Virus record (IMG/VR): IMGVR_UViG_3300042568_000857
Coordinates: 1-61,843 of that record
DNA: 61,843 nt
Origin: a virus
Taxonomy: Duplodnaviria; Caudoviricetes
Direction: 5' to 3' (one strand)
The position numbers were made by a program, and so were the translations under genes. Each line of letters begins with the position of its first letter. Position 1 is the stretch's first letter. The notes under the pieces are model-generated. The model searched no databases. It was not told the DNA's origin and was given only the letters and a program-made list of their open reading frames with translations. Positions 59,094 through 61,843 of the stretch are shown in pieces.

Positions 59094-60629
59094 TTAGCTC
59101 ACCTCCGGCATACCGGGGGCGTTCCAAGCACCGTAAACGACGATGTAGCCGTTTTTGATGAGCGCGGCGTTCTTGTAGGCGGTGGCACCCCAGACCATCT
59201 GGACACCGATACCGAAGCGGTTGGTGTAGTCGTTCTCCTGGGTGACACGCTGGCCCATGGCCGTGCTGGCCTTGCCGTTGACGGTGCCGTAGCCGCAGTA
59301 CACGGCGTTGTTGCCGAGGAAGTAGCCGCAGACGTATGGCTGGCCCTTGCTATTGCAAGGAATCATCAGAGAGCCGATTGGAATGATGCCTTCTGTGAGG
59401 TAGGCAGAGGTCCAAGGAGCGGTGCCCCAAGTGATGGTGGAGCCGGTGAGGGTGGTTTCGTAGTCTCCCGAGGCCGTGGAGCCAAGGCGGGTAAGGCCAG
59501 TGTCGGAGATGGTCAAACCGTCGGTGGTCGTGTACTTGAAGAAGCTGAACTTGCCAGCGTCTGCACCCGAACCGTTGATGACCATTAGGTATTTATTGTC
59601 AGTGTTGGAGGCGATGAACGTCTGCTCAAACGCGGTGAACGGAGCACCGGGGAAGTAGCGGAAGTAGTCGTTTGCAGTCTTGGCGACGGCGTTGGTGGTG
59701 AGCACCGAGCTACCATTGAAACCGCCGCCGCTGAGGGCCGTGAGAGTAGTAGTAGTGCCTTTGGCGACAATCGCCACGCCGAGGTAAGCGCGGGGAGCAC
59801 AGAACGCACCCTGGGCGGCATCAGCGGCGGTGTTGGAAACTGCCCAGTTGTTGAGCATGACGCCATCATATTCCGGCAGGCTGCCTGCGAACAGGTAGTT
59901 GGTAGGGCCGCGTGTGCCAGCGGTGGCAAGCAGGCTTTCCCAAGTCGAGTTTTCGCGGAGGCCCTGAAACAGGTAGTCGTTGCCTTGGAAGAAGTACTTG
60001 AGGATGCGCTGGCCGTTAGGGCCACGGGCAATCTCGATTTCCTGCATTTTGATGCCGTTCGCCATGATCTTCGCTTGGGAGATCGTGGACTTAGTGACAA
60101 CATCAGTCGAGGTGAGGGCGTTGACACTGGATTTGTTGCCAGCGTAGAGAGTGTTGTAGCTCTCCAAGCTGCCGATCATCACGGCTTCGATACAGTCGCA
60201 CTTGAGGCGCTGCACCCATTCGTTGAGGCCACGGCGGGCCGATTGGTCGAACGTGGTGCCAATGAACGTCAGATCCTTGGTGGTGACGGTTTCGGCGACG
60301 GCGTGACGGTGAAGGCCGATAGTCAGCGTGAACTGGCTGTACTTGCGGACTTCTTCAGCGCCGACGAGGTTGGTGTTACCCTGGACGCCCTTGCCGCCGA
60401 GGCCAGCTTCGGAGCTGAACACGATGGTGTTGCCTCGCACTTTAGAGGTGTCGAGCACTTCCTTGACGGGCTTGACAGAGCCAAGGCCGCCCATGAGTTC
60501 AGAGAACGGGTTGTAGCGTTCGTTGTCAAAGGCGATAGATGACACCCAGAGGATCTGGCGTGCGTAGGTGGGGGACTGATCAACAAGCTGTTGAACGGTC
60601 TGAGCGTTAATTTCGGTATATGAGGCCAT
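59094..60629 (-). CDS. Major capsid protein (N4-gp56/DUF4043-like)
   Basis: DTSKVRGNTIVF..LGGKGVQGNTNLVGAEE..LTIGLHRHAV, LFAGSLPEYDGVML, QENDY. Confidence 0.8.
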   Translation of the reverse strand: MASYTEINAQTVQQLVDQSPTYARQILWVSSIAFDNERYNPFSELMGGLGSVKPVKEVLDTSKVRGNTIVFSSEAGLGGKGVQGNTNLVGAEEVRKYSQFTLTIGLHRHAVAETVTTKDLTFIGTTFDQSARRGLNEWVQRLKCDCIEAVMIGSLESYNTLYAGNKSSVNALTSTDVVTKSTISQAKIMANGIKMQEIEIARGPNGQRILKYFFQGNDYLFQGLRENSTWESLLATAGTRGPTNYLFAGSLPEYDGVMLNNWAVSNTAADAAQGAFCAPRAYLGVAIVAKGTTTTLTALSGGGFNGSSVLTTNAVAKTANDYFRYFPGAPFTAFEQTFIASNTDNKYLMVINGSGADAGKFSFFKYTTTDGLTISDTGLTRLGSTASGDYETTLTGSTITWGTAPWTSAYLTEGIIPIGSLMIPCNSKGQPYVCGYFLGNNAVYCGYGTVNGKASTAMGQRVTQENDYTNRFGIGVQMVWGATAYKNAALIKNGYIVVYGAWNAPGMPEVS

Positions 60630-60740
60630 TACGGTAGTGTGGTGGTGATTTGCGAGCAGATTGTTCCTCAAGGCTTCTTGGGCCTTGTTAATCTGTCGTC
60701 ACGCCACACAGGCGTCGGCTGCCTTTCGGCTACCGCTATC

Positions 60741-61634
60741 TCAAGACATTCTTACGCTGCCCAGCGAAGGCGAATTGCCAAGCACTGAGTCAAACAGCCC
60801 GGCAAGGCCTGCGCCACCCGTGACTGCCGCCCGGACCTGAGCCACGATGTCAGGCGCAGTTGGCTGGCCGGGCGCGGGGCGCTGGGCCATAGCTACGCTG
60901 GTCGAGGCCGGGGCAGCCGGGGCCTTGGCTGGCACGGGGCCAGGGGCGGGCTGAGGCTGGCTGACTGGCACGGCGGGAGATTTTGAGGCGCGCATCTGGG
61001 CGGCCAGATTGGCGGCATACTCGGCCACGGCGGTAGGGCTGCTGCTGGCGAACTCGGGGTTGACGGCGAGCAGGCTCTTAACAGCGAGGGTGGCGGGGTG
61101 GTTGTCGTCGCGCAACTCGGGGTACTGGCTCATTGCCAGTTCAAGGGAGTCGTCGCCGATTTCTTCAAACGCTTTTTCGGCGGCGGCGGCGGTCTTCATC
61201 TTGGCCTCCATGGCGTCGGCCATCTCGGGCGTAAACTCGGCAATACCCTCGGCGTTGTTCTGGAGATCGGCTAACGTCTGCGCGGCATCTTGGGCGGCTT
61301 GGGCGGCGGAGTTGTAATCTTCGAGGGCCTGCGTGAAGACAGGTGCCAAGTCAACCGGCTCGGCGGCTGGGGCAGGCTGGCCGGGCACAGCCTCGGCTGG
61401 GGCGGTGACTTCGCTATCTGGCTTGAGTTCGTAGGTGCCGGGATCTGTGGCGGGCACTGGATTGGCGGGATCGTGGCCGGTGGCGTCGTCGGGGTCGGGC
61501 AAAAGGGCCGCATTCACGGGCGCTGGCTTGGCTGCCCCAGCAGTGAAGTCGGCAGCGAAAGCCTCTGGAGACTTATCTAGGCTGCCATACAAAAGTGAGG
61601 CAGGATCAAAAGGCGCTGTCGTAGTGTCGGACAT
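60741..61634 (-). CDS. Scaffold protein (putative)
   Basis: Acidic, A/P-rich, helical core, immediately upstream of capsid gene. Confidence 0.6.
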   Translation of the reverse strand: MSDTTTAPFDPASLLYGSLDKSPEAFAADFTAGAAKPAPVNAALLPDPDDATGHDPANPVPATDPGTYELKPDSEVTAPAEAVPGQPAPAAEPVDLAPVFTQALEDYNSAAQAAQDAAQTLADLQNNAEGIAEFTPEMADAMEAKMKTAAAAEKAFEEIGDDSLELAMSQYPELRDDNHPATLAVKSLLAVNPEFASSSPTAVAEYAANLAAQMRASKSPAVPVSQPQPAPGPVPAKAPAAPASTSVAMAQRPAPGQPTAPDIVAQVRAAVTGGAGLAGLFDSVLGNSPSLGSVRMS

Positions 61635-61689
61635 ATTGGCTATATTGTGTGTAGTTATGGATTTGTTGCAAGAGGAAGTTTTGGCTAGC

Positions 61690-61843
61690 TCATGGGATGT
61701 GTTGCCAGATGTCTCGATTGACAATCATGCACACTAAAGATGCAGACACTCCAAACTGCGCGCCTAGCGCCTTCATGGAAATGCCACCAGCCGCATAAAT
61801 GGCGCGGATTTTGATAACTTGGTCGTTAGTAAGTTTTGAGTGA
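61690..61843 (-). CDS. HNH homing endonuclease copy 1, C-terminal HTH part
   Basis: Translates HSKLTNDQVIKIRAIYAAGGISMKALGAQFGVSASLVCMIVNRDIWQHIP*, matching paralog C-termini; joins 1..417 in frame if base 61843 duplicates base 1. Confidence 0.88.
   Translation of the reverse strand, partial: HSKLTNDQVIKIRAIYAAGGISMKALGAQFGVSASLVCMIVNRDIWQHIP

Noticed and set aside
61840-61843. Apparent +1 frameshift in HNH-1 at the window junction
   Set aside because: It falls exactly at the contig ends; a 1-nt terminal overlap is simpler than programmed frameshifting or pseudogenisation.

Overview
This window looks like an essentially complete, circular ~61.8 kb dsDNA tailed-phage genome. It is GC-rich and podovirus-like: N4-gp56-type major capsid, portal, adaptor and nozzle, no tape measure or sheath. 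An HNH gene reads through the window end into base 1 with one redundant base. The minus strand carries small and large terminase, a 6038-aa polyvalent virion-type protein, portal, tail fibre, lysis genes, two glycosyltransferases plus an FkbM methyltransferase, scaffold, capsid, adaptor and nozzle. The 35.8-52.4 kb arm carries recombination and replication genes (SSB-like, UvrD, Rad50/SbcC, RusA, initiator with iterons, DnaB). I could not recognise an integrase, DNA polymerase or primase. The most notable unexplained structures are: (1) five dispersed paralogous HNH genes, each behind the same promoter / CGCC..GGCG hairpin / CTAAC cassette; (2) the giant protein, built from effector cassettes (2 ADP-ribosyltransferase-like, adenine MTase, beta-clamp-like, metallopeptidase, pyrophosphatase-like) bounded by duplicated junction motifs; (3) a lone integron attC-like site; (4) recurrent GACATCC and CATAACTACACACAAT motifs ahead of start codons; (5) structured leader RNAs. 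All functional calls come from motif recognition by eye; no database search was run.
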